The position numbers and the translations under genes were made by a program. A model generated the notes under the pieces. It was not told the DNA's origin and searched no databases. It saw only the letters and a program-made list of their open reading frames with translations. Shown here piece after piece: positions 48,334 to 61,001 of a stretch of DNA of 64,000 nucleotides (the stretch's first letter is position 1; each line of letters starts with the position of its first letter). Source of the DNA: an uncultured Bacilli bacterium (GTDB taxonomy: Bacteria; Bacillota_I; Bacilli_A; RF39; UBA660); the NCBI GenBank assembly GCA_947589495.1, contig CANQAK010000001.1:13017-77016 (forward strand), in the 5' to 3' direction.

Positions 48334-51300
48334 TTAAGCTTCTTCTTTTAAATTACCTAAGAATTTTTCTTCTAATACTTCACTAGCATCATCATCTAAT
48401 AATTCTTTTTCTAGTTCAAGGTCAATATCACTATATTGTCTAGCACCTGTACCAGCTGGAATTAATTTACCAATAATAACATTTTCTTTTAATCCCACTA
48501 AATTATCAGTTTTACCACGCATAGCAGCATCAGTTAAAACTCTTGTTGTTTCTTGGAATGAAGCTGCAGATAAGAATGAATCAGTTTCTAATGATGACTT
48601 AGTAATACCAAGCATTATTGGATTTCCTTTAGCAGGAACTCCTCCTTTTAGAATAACTGGTTTATTACCTTCGGCAAATTCTCTTAGAGAAACTGTTAAT
48701 CCTTCAACAAATTCAGTATCACCAGCATCTACTATTCTTACTTTATTAATCATTCTCTTAACAATTATTTCAATATGTTTATCATTAATATCAACACCTT
48801 GTAATTTATAAACATTTTGAATTTCTTTTAAAATATATTCTTGAGCAGTAAGTGGATTAGTAACTGCAAGTAACTCTTTAGGTGAAATAACACCTTCAGT
48901 AAGTTTATCTCCTGCTTCTACTTCATCTCCAACATCTACACGTAACTTCATATTATAATTAGTAATATGTTCTTTTACTCCGGAAGCATTTTCAATAACA
49001 ATTGAATATTTACCATTTTGATCAGTAATACTTATTACTTTACCAGTAACTTCAGCGATAGTTGCTTTGAATTTAGGAACACGAGCTTCAAATAATTCTT
49101 CAACTCTTGGTAAACCTTGAGTGATATCATCTCCACCAGCAACACCACCAGTGTGGAATGTACGCATGGTAAGTTGGGTACCAGGTTCACCGATTGATTG
49201 AGCAGCCATAATACCAACTGCTTCTCCTGTTTCTACTAAGTTACCAGTAGCAAGGTTACGTCCATAACATTTTTGACATACACCATTAACTGTTTTACAA
49301 GTAAGAACACTTCTAATTTCAACTCTTTTAATACCTGCTTCCAGAATTTTAGAAACAACATTTTCAGTAATCATTTCTCCAGCTTCTAAAATTGTTTCTT
49401 TAGTTTCAGGATGAATAATCTTTTTAGATGCATATCTTCCTAAAATTCTTTCTGCTAAAGATTCAATAACAGAATTATCTTTATCATTAATTAAATCATA
49501 AACGACAACACCTTGCATTGAACCACAATCATGTTCTTTAACAATTATATCTTGAGCTACATCAACTAATCTTCTTGTTAAATAACCTGAGTCAGCTGTA
49601 CGTAAAGCCGTATCTGCAGATCCTTTTCTTGATCCATGCGTAGATAAGAAGAATTCTGATACTGAAAGTCCTTCCATAAAGCATGAAGTAATTGGAATTT
49701 CCACAGTTGTACCATCTGGTTTAGCCATAAGTCCACGCATACCAGCAAGTTGTGTAAAGTTAGAAATTTTACCACGGGCACCACTGTTCATCATCATAAA
49801 TATTGGATTAGTAAAGTTATCTTTAGCTATTTCTGCTAAAGCATCTTTAACTTTATCAGTAGCTTCGCTCCAAATTTGAATAACACTATTATATCTTTCA
49901 GATTCAGTAATTAAACCTTTTTGATATTGTTTATTAATTTTATCTACTCTACCTTTAGCTTCTTCAATAATATCTTTTTTAGCATCACTTCTAACAACAT
50001 CAGCAGCAGAAACAGTTATACCTGCAATTGTTGAATACTTAAATCCTTGATCTTTTAATTTATCTAGCATTACTGATGTTTCAGTTGTTTTATATCTTTT
50101 AAATACTTGTGCAATAATTTGTCCTAAAGTTTTTTGAACAAACGGTGTAACTAAAGGCATCTTTTTAATTTCTTCTTCTAAATTAGTTCCCATTGGTAAG
50201 AAATATTTACTTGGAGTAATACCTTCAATATTTTCTTTAGTACCTTCATTAAGATAAGGGAAAGTATCTGGAAGAATTTCATTAAATTTAATTTTACCTA
50301 CAGTAGTAACTAAATATTTATCTTGTTCTTCTTCAGTAAATAATTTATGTTTAAATGATTTTACTGGAACCGCAATTCTTGTATGTAAATCAATTTCTCT
50401 TCTTTCATAAGCCATTAAAGCTTCATTACAATTTTTATAAGCTTTACCTTCGTTATTACCACCAGCTGTTTCCATTGTTAAATAACAATTTCCTAATACC
50501 ATATCTTGGCTTGGTGTAACAATTGGTTTTCCATCTTTAGGATTTAAAATGTTATTAGCTCCAAGCATCAAAATACGAGCTTCAGCTTTAGCTTCTTCAG
50601 ATAAAGGAACGTGAACAGCCATTTGATCGCCATCGAAGTCAGCATTAAATGCTGTACAAACAAGTGGGTGTAAACGAATAGCTTTTCCTCCCACTAATTT
50701 TGGTTCAAACGCTTGAATACCAAGTCTATGTAAAGTTGGGGCTCTATTAAGCATTACAGGATATTCCGTAATAACATCTTCAACAATATCCCAAACACAT
50801 TCATCACGACTTTCAATTAACTTTTTAGCACCCTTAATATTATGAGCTAAGCCTTTTTCAACTAAGCCATGGATAACATGAGGTTTAAATAGTTCAATAG
50901 CCATTTCTTTTGGTAAACCGCATTGATACATTTTAAGATTTGGTCCAACAACGATAACTGAACGACCTGAATAGTCAACACGTTTTCCAAGTAAGTTTTG
51001 ACGGAAACGTCCTTGTTTACCTTTAAGCATACTTGATAAACTTTTTAAAGGACGATTAGAAGCTGCTGTAATACTTCTTCCTCTTCTACCATTATCGAAT
51101 AATGAATCAACTGCTTCTTGAAGCATACGTTTTTCATTTTGAACAATAATAGTTGGAGCTCCAAGTTCTAGTAATTTCTTTAAACGATTGTTACGATTAA
51201 TAATTCTTCTATATAAATCATTTAAATCACTTGTCGCAAATCTTCCACCATCAAGTTGAATCATTGGACGTAATTCTGGAGGTATAACAGGTAATACTGT

Positions 51301-51984
51301 TAAAATCATCCATTCAGGTTTATTACCTGATTCTTGGAAAGAAACTAATGCATCTAATCTTTTAACTAAACGAATTCTTTTTTGACTAGTAGCGTTTTCT
51401 AGTTCACTTCGAACACTTTCTATTTCTTTTTCTAAATCTACTCTTTTTAAAAGTTCTTGAATAGCTTCTGCACCCATACCTACTTTAAAAGTATTTCCAT
51501 ATTTTTCATAGTAAGCACGATATTCTTTATCTGATAATGTTTGTTTAGCTTCTAATGGAACATTTCCTGGATCAATTACAACATAGCTAACAAAATATAA
51601 TACTTCTTCTAAGTCTCTTGGACTCATATCAAGAACTAAGCCCATTTTAGATGGAACACCTTTAAAGAACCAAATGTGAGAACAAGGAGCAGCAAGTTCA
51701 ATATGTCCCATTCTTTCACGTCTAACTTTTGAACGAGTAACTTCTACTCCACATCTGTCACAAACAACATTTTTATATCTTAGTCTTTTATATTTTCCAC
51801 ATGAACATTCAAAGTCTTTTGTTGGTCCAAAAATCTTTTCACAGAATAATCCATCTCTTTCAGGTTTTAAAGTACGATAGTTTATTGTTTCTGGTTTTTT
51901 AACTTCACCATAAGACCAACTACGAATTTTTTCTGGTGATGCAATACTAATTTTTAAACCTTTAAATTTACTAACATCTATCAT
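48334..51984 (-). CDS. rpoC: DNA-directed RNA polymerase subunit beta'
   Basis: 1216 aa. Zn-finger '[23 protein letters not shown]' and the catalytic 'NADFDGD'. Confidence 0.97.
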   Translation of the reverse strand: MIDVSKFKGLKISIASPEKIRSWSYGEVKKPETINYRTLKPERDGLFCEKIFGPTKDFECSCGKYKRLRYKNVVCDRCGVEVTRSKVRRERMGHIELAAPCSHIWFFKGVPSKMGLVLDMSPRDLEEVLYFVSYVVIDPGNVPLEAKQTLSDKEYRAYYEKYGNTFKVGMGAEAIQELLKRVDLEKEIESVRSELENATSQKRIRLVKRLDALVSFQESGNKPEWMILTVLPVIPPELRPMIQLDGGRFATSDLNDLYRRIINRNNRLKKLLELGAPTIIVQNEKRMLQEAVDSLFDNGRRGRSITAASNRPLKSLSSMLKGKQGRFRQNLLGKRVDYSGRSVIVVGPNLKMYQCGLPKEMAIELFKPHVIHGLVEKGLAHNIKGAKKLIESRDECVWDIVEDVITEYPVMLNRAPTLHRLGIQAFEPKLVGGKAIRLHPLVCTAFNADFDGDQMAVHVPLSEEAKAEARILMLGANNILNPKDGKPIVTPSQDMVLGNCYLTMETAGGNNEGKAYKNCNEALMAYERREIDLHTRIAVPVKSFKHKLFTEEEQDKYLVTTVGKIKFNEILPDTFPYLNEGTKENIEGITPSKYFLPMGTNLEEEIKKMPLVTPFVQKTLGQIIAQVFKRYKTTETSVMLDKLKDQGFKYSTIAGITVSAADVVRSDAKKDIIEEAKGRVDKINKQYQKGLITESERYNSVIQIWSEATDKVKDALAEIAKDNFTNPIFMMMNSGARGKISNFTQLAGMRGLMAKPDGTTVEIPITSCFMEGLSVSEFFLSTHGSRKGSADTALRTADSGYLTRRLVDVAQDIIVKEHDCGSMQGVVVYDLINDKDNSVIESLAERILGRYASKKIIHPETKETILEAGEMITENVVSKILEAGIKRVEIRSVLTCKTVNGVCQKCYGRNLATGNLVETGEAVGIMAAQSIGEPGTQLTMRTFHTGGVAGGDDITQGLPRVEELFEARVPKFKATIAEVTGKVISITDQNGKYSIVIENASGVKEHITNYNMKLRVDVGDEVEAGDKLTEGVISPKELLAVTNPLTAQEYILKEIQNVYKLQGVDINDKHIEIIVKRMINKVRIVDAGDTEFVEGLTVSLREFAEGNKPVILKGGVPAKGNPIMLGITKSSLETDSFLSAASFQETTRVLTDAAMRGKTDNLVGLKENVIIGKLIPAGTGARQYSDIDLELEKELLDDDASEVLEEKFLGNLKEEA

Positions 51985-54900
51985 TTATTCCACCTCGATA
52001 TCTTCTAAGTCTTCTGGAAATTCTAAATCATCTAATGGAACATCTTCTTCCATTTCATCTTCTTCAGTTGCTTTTTCTTCGAAAGGAGCTTCATTTTCTT
52101 CTTCAGTTGTTGGAATTTCTATTTCTTCAATTCTAAATGGTTCATCACCATCTTCTTCTTCCTCAATATCTTTAAATTCTAGTACATTGTCATTATTATC
52201 AACAACTTGAACATCTAAACCTAAAGCTTGGAATTCTTTTACTAATACTCTAAATGATTCTGGTACACCAGCTTGATTTACTAATTTACCTTTAACTAAA
52301 GCTTCATAAACTTTAACACGGCCAACAATATCATCAGCTTTAACGGTTAAGATTTCTTGAAGAACATGAGCAGCACCATAAGCATATAATGCCCAAACTT
52401 CCATTTCTCCAAATCTTTGTCCACCAAATTGAGCTTTTCCACCAAGAGGTTGTTGAGTAACTAATGAATATGGTCCAGTTGCTCTAGCATGTAGTTTATC
52501 ATCAACCATGTGATGAAGTTTAACCATATACATAACTCCAACTGATATTCTTTGATCGAATGCTTCACCAGTACGACCATTATATAAAACAGTTTTACCA
52601 TCTGCATCCATTCCAGCTTCTTTCATTTCTTCTTGAATATCTTCCCAAGATGCACTATCGAATACTGGAGTAGCATAATGAACACCTAATTTTTTACCAG
52701 CCATACCTAAGTGTAATTCTAAAATTTGGCCAATATTCATACGAGATGGAACACCAAGTGGATTAAGCATTACATCAACAGGACGACCATCTGGTAAATA
52801 TGGCATATCTTCTTCTGGTAAAATTAGAGAAATAACACCTTTGTTACCATGACGTCCACTCATCTTATCTCCGATTTGAATTTTTCTCTTTTGAATTATA
52901 TAAACACGAATAACTTTAGATACACCAGCAGGAAGTTCGTCACTATTTTCTTTAGTATAAACTTTAACATCATGAACAACTCCACCAGCACCATGTTCAA
53001 CACGTAGTGATGTATCACGAACTTCACGAGTTTTTTCACCAAAAATAGCGTGTAATAATTTTTCTTCACTAGTTAATTCTTGAACTCCTTTTGGAGTAAC
53101 TTTACCAACTAGAATATCCCCTTCTTTTACTTCTGTACCAATTTTAACAATACCTTCTGAATCCAAATTTTTACGAGCATCTTCTCCAACATTTGGAATA
53201 TCTCTTGTAATTTCTTCAGGTCCTAATTTAGTATCTCTACAATCAATATCATAGTGATCTATATGTAAAGATGTATAAACATCATCTTTAACTAATCTTT
53301 CATTTAATATTACAGCATCTTCATAGTTATAACCATTATATGTCATGAATGCTACTGTCATATTTTTACCTAGGGCAAGTTCACCTTTTTCGGTAGATGG
53401 ACCATCTGCAATTACTTGTCCTGCATGAACTTTATCACCTTTTTTAACTAATGGATGATGGTTAATAGAACTTGAAGCATTACTTCTTTCAAAGTTTGCT
53501 AAATGATAAGTATCTGTTCCATTTTTAACTTTAACAACAATTTTTAAACCATCAGCATATTCAACTACTCCTGGAGCTTTACAAACTACTGTTGATCCTG
53601 AATCTCTGGCTGCAATCCATTCAACACCTGTTCCAACAATAGGAGCTTCACTTGTTAAAAGTGGCACTGCTTGACGTTGCATGTTAGAACCCATAAGTGT
53701 TCTATTAGCATCATCGAATTCCAAAAATGGTATACAACTTGTTGTAATAGATACTACTTGACTTGGTGCAACATCTACATAATCAACTAAATCACGTTGT
53801 ACCATTACATTATCACCATTATGACGAACTAAAATTTCATCATCAACAATTTTATTTTTATCATCTAAGGCTACTGTTGCTTGACTTATATATAAATCTT
53901 GTTCTTCATCAGCAGTCATATAAGTAATTTCATCCGTTACTACACCATTTTCTACTTTACGATAAGGTGTCATAATGAAACCATATTCATTAATTTTAGC
54001 ATAACCTGCTAAGGAAGTAATTAAACCAATATTTTGTCCTTCTGGAGATTCAATTGGACAAATTCTACCATAGTGGCTAGAGTTAACATCACGAACATCC
54101 ATTCCAGCACGTTCTCTTGAAAGTCCACCAGGTCCTAAACTTGATAAACGTCTTTTATCTGTAAGTTCTGCAATTGGATTAATTTGATCCATGAATTTAG
54201 ATAATTGTGATGAACCAAAGAATTCTTTTAAAGCTGCTGTTACAGGACGAATATTAATTAATGTTTTTGGTGTAATATTTTCAACTTCTTGCGTAGTCAT
54301 TCTTTCACGAATAACTCTTTCCATTCTTGCTACACCAGTTCTAAATTGATTTTGAATAAGTTCTCCGACTTGTCTTACTCTTCTGTTTCCTAAATTATCT
54401 ATTTCATCTGTATTACCAATATCATCATGTAAATTTAAATAATAAGATACTGCAGCATAAATATCTGGAATTGTAAGTCTTTTTTCTTCCACCCCTGGTG
54501 CAATACCAATAACTTTAATAACTTTTTCATTATTTTGTTTATCGTATACTAAAATTTCTTGAATTTTATTGTAATCATCAAGTTCCATATTAGTAATAGT
54601 CTCTTTAGTACTATAACCACTTGCATAAATTTCCTTTAATTCACTTAAAACTTTTTTGTCAATTAAAGTTCCTTTAGCAAATTTAGTTTTACCATCTACT
54701 TTAATATTTTCTGCTAAAGTACATCCTAAAATTCTTTCACAAACATTTAATTTTTTATTAAATTTATAACGTCCTACTTTAGCTAAATCATAACGGAATC
54801 TATCAAAGAATCTAGTTATTAATTGGTTTTTAGCACTATCAAGAGTAGCAGGTTCTCCCGGTCTTAATTTTTCATAGATTTCAATTAAGGCTTCATCAGT

Positions 54901-55602
54901 ATTTTTAGTACTATCTTTTGCAATAGTATTTTTAATAAATTCATTATCTCCAAATACAGAAATAATATCTTCATCACTTGATAATCCTATTGCTCTTAAG
55001 AATGTTGTAATTGGAACTTTTCTTGTTCTATCTATACGAACATATACAATATTTTTAGCATCAGTTTCAAATTCTAACCAAGTACCTTTATTAGGTATAA
55101 TTTCTCCTGATATAATATGACGTCCATTTTTATCAATTTCTCTTTTAAAATAAATAGATGGACTTCTAACAAGTTGGGAAACAATAACTCTTTCAGCACC
55201 ATTAATAATGAATGTTCCAGCTTCAGTCATTAAAGGCATATCTCCTAAGAATATTTCTTGTTCCTTAACTTCTCCAGTTTCATGAATGAAAACACGTGCT
55301 TCAACTTTTAATGGAGCCGCATAGTTTACCATTCTTTCTTTTGCTTCTTTAATAGAATATCTTGGAGTTTCAAATGAATAGTCCCCAAATTCTAAAGAAA
55401 TATTTCCCGTAAATGATTCCACAGGAAATAAATCATCAAAGACTTCTTTAATTCCATTTTCTAAGAAGTTTTGATAACTTTTCTTTTGAATTTCTAATAA
55501 ATCTGCAAGTTCTAGCGTATTTTTTGATTTTGCAAAGCTTCTTCTTTCTCGATAATCACCAAATTTTAAGGTTTTATAAGCCACGATATCACCCCTATAC
55601 AT
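51985..55602 (-). CDS. rpoB: DNA-directed RNA polymerase subunit beta
   Basis: 1205 aa with canonical RpoB conserved blocks. Lies directly upstream of rpoC. Confidence 0.97.
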   Translation of the reverse strand: MYRGDIVAYKTLKFGDYRERRSFAKSKNTLELADLLEIQKKSYQNFLENGIKEVFDDLFPVESFTGNISLEFGDYSFETPRYSIKEAKERMVNYAAPLKVEARVFIHETGEVKEQEIFLGDMPLMTEAGTFIINGAERVIVSQLVRSPSIYFKREIDKNGRHIISGEIIPNKGTWLEFETDAKNIVYVRIDRTRKVPITTFLRAIGLSSDEDIISVFGDNEFIKNTIAKDSTKNTDEALIEIYEKLRPGEPATLDSAKNQLITRFFDRFRYDLAKVGRYKFNKKLNVCERILGCTLAENIKVDGKTKFAKGTLIDKKVLSELKEIYASGYSTKETITNMELDDYNKIQEILVYDKQNNEKVIKVIGIAPGVEEKRLTIPDIYAAVSYYLNLHDDIGNTDEIDNLGNRRVRQVGELIQNQFRTGVARMERVIRERMTTQEVENITPKTLINIRPVTAALKEFFGSSQLSKFMDQINPIAELTDKRRLSSLGPGGLSRERAGMDVRDVNSSHYGRICPIESPEGQNIGLITSLAGYAKINEYGFIMTPYRKVENGVVTDEITYMTADEEQDLYISQATVALDDKNKIVDDEILVRHNGDNVMVQRDLVDYVDVAPSQVVSITTSCIPFLEFDDANRTLMGSNMQRQAVPLLTSEAPIVGTGVEWIAARDSGSTVVCKAPGVVEYADGLKIVVKVKNGTDTYHLANFERSNASSSINHHPLVKKGDKVHAGQVIADGPSTEKGELALGKNMTVAFMTYNGYNYEDAVILNERLVKDDVYTSLHIDHYDIDCRDTKLGPEEITRDIPNVGEDARKNLDSEGIVKIGTEVKEGDILVGKVTPKGVQELTSEEKLLHAIFGEKTREVRDTSLRVEHGAGGVVHDVKVYTKENSDELPAGVSKVIRVYIIQKRKIQIGDKMSGRHGNKGVISLILPEEDMPYLPDGRPVDVMLNPLGVPSRMNIGQILELHLGMAGKKLGVHYATPVFDSASWEDIQEEMKEAGMDADGKTVLYNGRTGEAFDQRISVGVMYMVKLHHMVDDKLHARATGPYSLVTQQPLGGKAQFGGQRFGEMEVWALYAYGAAHVLQEILTVKADDIVGRVKVYEALVKGKLVNQAGVPESFRVLVKEFQALGLDVQVVDNNDNVLEFKDIEEEEDGDEPFRIEEIEIPTTEEENEAPFEEKATEEDEMEEDVPLDDLEFPEDLEDIEVE

Positions 55603-55672
55603 AGATTAAATTTTGAAAAATATAAATACGTCACCAATTTAAAATTGTATCAGCAATTTATAATAAAGTCAA

Positions 55673-56263
55673 CTAATTTTTAGCACGAATTACCCAAAAA
55701 CCTTTACTTCTACCAACTAAATGACACGTATAATCTTTTTCAAGCTCTTTTTTTAAACTTTTGGCACCTTTATCTTTTGATATTACAAACCATATTTCCC
55801 CATCTTTATTTAATCTTGCTAAACCACCTTTAATAAAATTTATTAAAACTTCTTTTCCTGCCCTAATCGGTGGATTAGTAATAATTAAATCATATTTGTC
55901 TTCTACATTTTCATAGATATCACTAATAAATACATCAACATCTACTTCATTTAAATCTGCATTAATTTTACATAAATGAACTGCTCTTTTATTGATATCA
56001 CACATAGAAACATGTTGTTTTAAAACTTTACTTAAAACGATTCCAATGAAACCATAACCACAACCAATATCTAATATTTTATTATAAGAACGTTCATTAT
56101 TTGCAAAAAAAGTTTTAACTAAAAATAAACTAGCATAATCTACTTTATTTTTTGAAAAAACTCCATTATCACTTTTAAACATAAAATTATATGCATCATA
56201 AGAAAAATTTATTTCTCTTATTTCACTTTTTAAATCTTGATTGTTGGTAAAATAGTGTTCCAA
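55673..56263 (-). CDS. Class I SAM-dependent methyltransferase (YbxB/RsmC-like small MTase upstream of rpoB, as in Bacillus)
   Basis: 'LDIGCGYGFIGIVL' motif I and 'ITNPPIRAGK' (N/D-PP-F/I motif IV). Confidence 0.8.
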   Translation of the reverse strand: MEHYFTNNQDLKSEIREINFSYDAYNFMFKSDNGVFSKNKVDYASLFLVKTFFANNERSYNKILDIGCGYGFIGIVLSKVLKQHVSMCDINKRAVHLCKINADLNEVDVDVFISDIYENVEDKYDLIITNPPIRAGKEVLINFIKGGLARLNKDGEIWFVISKDKGAKSLKKELEKDYTCHLVGRSKGFWVIRAKN

Positions 56264-56337
56264 TTATTTTTCCCCGTTTCTCGTATAATTAGTATAACAT
56301 AATTAAAATTTTGAAACAAGTTAAAATTATTAAAAGA

Positions 56338-57357
56338 CTATTCATCGCATAAAGAATAGTCTACTTCATTATTATTTAATAAAATATTTTTATTTTCACT
56401 ACAAGATAAAATATTAAATTTTTCTAATTTATATAATTTTTTATTATCTATTTCTCTTATTTCACTATTATTTATTATTTCCTCTAAAGTAATTTTACCA
56501 TCTTTTAAAGCATAAGATAATTCGTATTTATCTATCTTATAATCTAAATAAATATTTTCAATACATTTAGTATAAAAATTATCAGTGTATTCTTTTATGG
56601 AGTTATCACAATTATTACTCAAGATTACTTGAAAATCATACTTATCATATAAATCATTTTTTTCAATAATACTACTAGTTAGAGAAAGTTCCATCGAATC
56701 TTTATTAAAATTTTCAAGTAATCCTACTACTGTTATATAATCATATATCTTATAATTAGAAATATTTATATTTTTTAAATTAACAGTTAGTTTACTAGTT
56801 TCATTAAATTTAACATAACCATTTATAGCATTATCTTGTATTGTATACTCTCTTAATTCAATACTTGTATTACCATTTATTTTACTTATCTTCCCTGTTA
56901 TTTTAATAAAATCATTTTTATATTCATGAAAACTTTCTTCTGGTTCATTTAAAAGTTTATTAATATCAATATTTTCTAACATAGTTGGTGAACATGCAAA
57001 ATTCTTTTCATAATCATTATCAAATATATATTCATTTTGACATTTAAATACTCGATAAAAAATACTATTATATATTGATACATCATCATTTATTTTATTT
57101 TCTAAAACATAGATAGGACTTAATTTTAATGTATAAGTCTTAATATAATCTATACTATAAGTTAATAAAACTAAAATTATTGGTAAATATATAAGTAAAA
57201 AAATATTAGTTTTACTTTTAGTTGCTAAAAATATGTCAATTAAAAGAATACCAAGTGCTACAGAAATTAATTTATAAACACTATAAAAATTTAAGAAAAA
57301 TGGTCCTATTATTAAAATTAAACCAATTATTAATAAAATTATTCTTTTCTTTTCCAT
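56338..57357 (-). CDS. Membrane protein with an N-terminal TM cluster and an extracytoplasmic domain; hypothetical
   Basis: N-terminal ~75 aa are hydrophobic. The remainder is Asn/Ile/Lys-rich. Confidence 0.5.
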   Translation of the reverse strand: MEKKRIILLIIGLILIIGPFFLNFYSVYKLISVALGILLIDIFLATKSKTNIFLLIYLPIILVLLTYSIDYIKTYTLKLSPIYVLENKINDDVSIYNSIFYRVFKCQNEYIFDNDYEKNFACSPTMLENIDINKLLNEPEESFHEYKNDFIKITGKISKINGNTSIELREYTIQDNAINGYVKFNETSKLTVNLKNINISNYKIYDYITVVGLLENFNKDSMELSLTSSIIEKNDLYDKYDFQVILSNNCDNSIKEYTDNFYTKCIENIYLDYKIDKYELSYALKDGKITLEEIINNSEIREIDNKKLYKLEKFNILSCSENKNILLNNNEVDYSLCDE

Positions 57358-57403
57358 ATTTTTAACCTCACATATATTATACTCTAAAAATGAATCTAAA
57401 AAA

Positions 57404-57434
57404 CAAAAAAAGTTAGCAACTGCTAGCTTTTTTA
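57404..57434 (-). terminator. Putative intrinsic terminator downstream of hup
   Basis: Minus strand AAAAAAGCUAGCAGUUGCUAACUUUUUUUG (imperfect stem). Confidence 0.45.
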
Positions 57435-57449
57435 CTTAAATTTTACTTA

Positions 57450-57722
57450 TTAATTTAAAGCGTCTTTTAATTTGCTTCCAGCTTTGAATGAAGCAACTGT
57501 TTTTGCAGGAATTTTTAATGGTTCTTTTGTTAATGGATTAATTCCTTCTCTAGCAGCTCTTTTTTTAGCACTAAAAGTTCCAAATCCTACTAAAGTAACC
57601 TTTCCTTCTTTTTTAAGACCAGTAGTAACTCCTTCAAATACTGCATCAACTGCTCTAGCTGCAGCAGCCTTTGATAAATCTGTAGCTTCAGCAACAAATT
57701 CTACTAATTCTGTTTTAGACAT
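57450..57722 (-). CDS. hup: Histone-like DNA-binding protein HU
   Basis: 90 aa, with 'GFGTFSAKKRAAREGINPLTKEPLKIPA' arm region. Confidence 0.92.
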   Translation of the reverse strand: MSKTELVEFVAEATDLSKAAAARAVDAVFEGVTTGLKKEGKVTLVGFGTFSAKKRAAREGINPLTKEPLKIPAKTVASFKAGSKLKDALN

Positions 57723-57863
57723 GTTTTTTACCTCCTCATTTTTTATTAAACATTATCTCTATGCTTAGACATATTGTCCTCACATAATAAGATTATCAAA
57801 AATATCTTTTAAAATCAACTAAAAACATCAATATTTACTATTAAATTACACTTTTTTGATAAT

Positions 57864-58760
57864 TTAAATTACTTCTTCTATAAAAATCGGCTGTCTTAAA
57901 TGTCCATTTTTAGTTTTCTCTAAATATTTTACAAGACATTTATATTTAGGAGTTATATATTTAATATCTTCTTTATAATCAGAAAAAGAACTTGTTTTTC
58001 TTAAATTACTTTTTATTATTTTATTATATAGTTTATGTCTTTTATTCATGGATACTTTTCCTAAAAACATTAATTTATTTTTTTTATAACTACCCAAATA
58101 TAAAGTAATACTTTCATTTTTATTGGTGTCAGTAAAACCTCCAATATAAAAAGTATCTTTCTTTAAATTTTTTATTTTAATCCAGTTAAAACTTCTTTTA
58201 TCTATTAAATAATTACTATCCCCTTTTTTAGCAATAATACCTTCTAACCCTAATTTTTTAACTGACTTAAATAAATCTTTTCCTCTTTTCTCAATATATT
58301 TATTTTTCATAAAATAATCATTTTCTTTATATTTTTTTAAAATTTCTTTTCTTTCCATCAAACTTAAATTAGTTAAATCTTTATTTTCATACAAGATATC
58401 AAAACAAACAAATACGACCGGATCACTTTTACTCTTTTCATTTATTTTAATTGTGTTTTTCAAGTGCTCTCTTTCTTGTAATTTACTAAAAGATGATTTA
58501 CCATTTACAAAAGATACTATTTCTCCATCAAAAATAGTATTTTTACTAACTAAATCTTTAATACTTGCAAGTTCAGGAAATAAATGAGTTATATCTTTTT
58601 TATTTCTTGTTTGAACTACTACTTTTTTAGGACTTGCAAAAATTACTGCCCTTATACCATCAAATTTAATTTCAAAAATATAATCATCTGAATCAAAAGG
58701 TTTTTGAATCTCTTTTAAAAGCATTGGTACCCAATCATGATTTTGCCAAATATTTTTCAT
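57864..58760 (-). CDS. ATP-dependent DNA ligase (stand-alone LigD-type ligase domain), translationally coupled to ku
   Basis: Motif I 'EIKFDGIRAV' (KxDGxR) and motif 'FDGEIV'. Its start codon overlaps the ku stop (ATGA). Confidence 0.8.
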   Translation of the reverse strand: MKNIWQNHDWVPMLLKEIQKPFDSDDYIFEIKFDGIRAVIFASPKKVVVQTRNKKDITHLFPELASIKDLVSKNTIFDGEIVSFVNGKSSFSKLQEREHLKNTIKINEKSKSDPVVFVCFDILYENKDLTNLSLMERKEILKKYKENDYFMKNKYIEKRGKDLFKSVKKLGLEGIIAKKGDSNYLIDKRSFNWIKIKNLKKDTFYIGGFTDTNKNESITLYLGSYKKNKLMFLGKVSMNKRHKLYNKIIKSNLRKTSSFSDYKEDIKYITPKYKCLVKYLEKTKNGHLRQPIFIEEVI

Positions 58761-59503
58761 TTTTTCTTCAAACTCTTTTCTAAAGCCTCTAATAAATCAC
58801 TAATTTGTTCTTTTTGTTTTTTCTTAACACCTTTAACTTTTTTACCATTTAATTTATCTGAAATAGCATCTTTAATATTATTTTGATATTCATCTTGATA
58901 AGTTTCCGGCTCAAATTTACCACTTCTTTCTTCAATTAATTTAATGGCTAAATCTAATTCTTTTTCTTTAACATTTTTATCAATTTCTACTTCAGGAAGT
59001 ATTACTTCTTCTTGAAAAAACAAAGTTGTCATAATAATTCCAAACTTAGTGAACCTTAAAATACAATAATAAAATTTACTTCCAATAACTGTTTTTGCTA
59101 ATGCTACCTTTTTGGTTTTTTTTAAAGCTTCACATAGTAAATTGTAAGCTTTGCTTACTTTTTCAGTACCAAGCATATAACTTTTTTCATAATAAGCTGG
59201 ATCAATTTCATCAATTTTAATAAATGAAACTATTTCAATTTCTTTTTCATTTTCTGGTTTTAATTTATTTAATTCTTCTTTAGGAAAAGTTAAATATTTA
59301 TCTTTTTCATATTCATAACCTTTTATTATATCTTTTTCTTTAACTTCTACTTTACAATGATCACAATATTTGACATATTGAATACGATTTAAACATTTAG
59401 CATGTAATTGATTAAAAGATGTATCATTATTTCTTATTATAGGGTTCATAATAACAGGAATATTTACAAGGCCAAAAGAAATATTACTATGGATATTAGG
59501 CAT
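58757..59503 (-). CDS. ku: Ku protein (NHEJ DNA end-binding)
   Basis: 'ISFGLVNIPV...' Ku core. The ATG at 59503 ('MPNIHS') has a GGTGAT RBS. The ORF-track start at 59515 is a TTG. Confidence 0.85.
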   Translation of the reverse strand: MPNIHSNISFGLVNIPVIMNPIIRNNDTSFNQLHAKCLNRIQYVKYCDHCKVEVKEKDIIKGYEYEKDKYLTFPKEELNKLKPENEKEIEIVSFIKIDEIDPAYYEKSYMLGTEKVSKAYNLLCEALKKTKKVALAKTVIGSKFYYCILRFTKFGIIMTTLFFQEEVILPEVEIDKNVKEKELDLAIKLIEERSGKFEPETYQDEYQNNIKDAISDKLNGKKVKGVKKKQKEQISDLLEALEKSLKKK

Positions 59504-59588
59504 AATTATCACCAATTATAGTATTTACAAATGGAATAATATTTATGTATAAAAGAATTTATTATTCTCAAACTATTAAAGTGATATT

Positions 59589-61001
59589 ATGAAAGATAAT
59601 TTAAAAAAGTATAATGAAAAAAGAGATTTTAAAAAAACAAAAGAACCAGTTGGAAAGATAAGTACCTCTAAAAAAAAATTAAGGTTTGTAGTTCAACACC
59701 ATATTGCTCGGAAAGATCATTTTGATTTTCGATTAGAATGGAATGGAACATTAAAAAGTTGGGCTGTTCCTAAAGGACCATCTTACAATACGAAAGATAA
59801 AAGATTAGCAATTATGGTTGAAGATCATCCACTAGATTATCGGACGTTTGAAGGCACAATTCCCCAAGGGGAATATGGTGGAGGGACAGTTATGGTTTGG
59901 GATGAAGGTTACTGGGAACCAACTCATAAAATTCCTAAAAACTTTAATTTAGAGTCCATTAAATTTACTTTAAATGGAAAAAGATTAAAAGGTAAATGGA
60001 CTCTTGTTCACTTAGAAGATAAAAATTGGTTACTCATTAAAGAAAAAGATGAATATCATGAATTTGATGATATTAAAAAGATTACTAAAAGTATTAAAAC
60101 TAAGAGAACTATGGAAGAAATAGCTAATCATAAAAGTATAAAAAATACTAAAACTATTAAATCTAAAAATATAGTTGAAGATATTCTAATATCTAATCCT
60201 GAAAAAGTTATTTTTAAAAATCCTAAAATAACTAAATTAGATATTGCTATGTACTATCATAAAGTTGCTAAAAGAATGCTTCCTTTTTTAGAAAATAGAC
60301 TTATTAGTACTATTCGTATGCCAGATGGATTTAATGGAGAAAAATTTTTTAAAAAACATTTAGAAAATAAAAATAAAGGAATTGGTAAAAAAATTATTAA
60401 AAGTGAAAAAGATCATAAAAATGATTATTATTATATAAAAAATAGTGAAGGTTTAATTAGTGAAGTGCAAATGAATAGTTATGAATTTCATACTTGGGGA
60501 AGTACCACAAAAAATTTAGATCATCCAGATATTATGGTATTTGATTTAGATCCTGATGAAAAATTAAGTATTAAAAAATTAAGAGAAGGTGTTTTAGATT
60601 TAAAAAGTATTTTAGATGAATTAAAATTAAAATCATATCTTAAAACTAGTGGTGGTAAAGGTTATCATGTAGTAGTTCCAATAAAACAAAAAATGAATTG
60701 GGAAGAATTTAGAAAAACTGCTAAAAATATTGCAAAACTTATGGAAACAAAATGGAATGATAAATATACAAGTAATATTCGTCTTAAAAATAGAAAAGGA
60801 AAAATATTCATTGATTGGGTAAGAAACACAAAAAGTGCAACAAGTGTTGCACCATACTCGATTCGCTTAAGAAAAAAATGTAGAGTTTCAATGCCAATTA
60901 AATGGAGTGAATTAAATACTGTTACTCCAGATGAAATAACTATGGAAGAAGCAATAAAAAGGTTAAAAAGAAAAGATCCCTGGATTCAATTTTGGGATTA
61001 A
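59589..61001 (+). CDS. LigD 3'-phosphoesterase (PE) domain fused to a LigD primase-polymerase (Pol) domain
   Basis: 'RFVVQHHIARKDHFDFRLEWNGTLKSWAVPKGPS' (PE) and 'MVFDLDPDE...KTSGGKGYHVVVP' (Pol/AEP). Confidence 0.75.
   Translation: MKDNLKKYNEKRDFKKTKEPVGKISTSKKKLRFVVQHHIARKDHFDFRLEWNGTLKSWAVPKGPSYNTKDKRLAIMVEDHPLDYRTFEGTIPQGEYGGGTVMVWDEGYWEPTHKIPKNFNLESIKFTLNGKRLKGKWTLVHLEDKNWLLIKEKDEYHEFDDIKKITKSIKTKRTMEEIANHKSIKNTKTIKSKNIVEDILISNPEKVIFKNPKITKLDIAMYYHKVAKRMLPFLENRLISTIRMPDGFNGEKFFKKHLENKNKGIGKKIIKSEKDHKNDYYYIKNSEGLISEVQMNSYEFHTWGSTTKNLDHPDIMVFDLDPDEKLSIKKLREGVLDLKSILDELKLKSYLKTSGGKGYHVVVPIKQKMNWEEFRKTAKNIAKLMETKWNDKYTSNIRLKNRKGKIFIDWVRNTKSATSVAPYSIRLRKKCRVSMPIKWSELNTVTPDEITMEEAIKRLKRKDPWIQFWD

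Noticed and set aside
49035-49784. Small ORFs on the minus strand inside rpoC
   Set aside because: They are alternative frames of a highly conserved essential gene. They are spurious.
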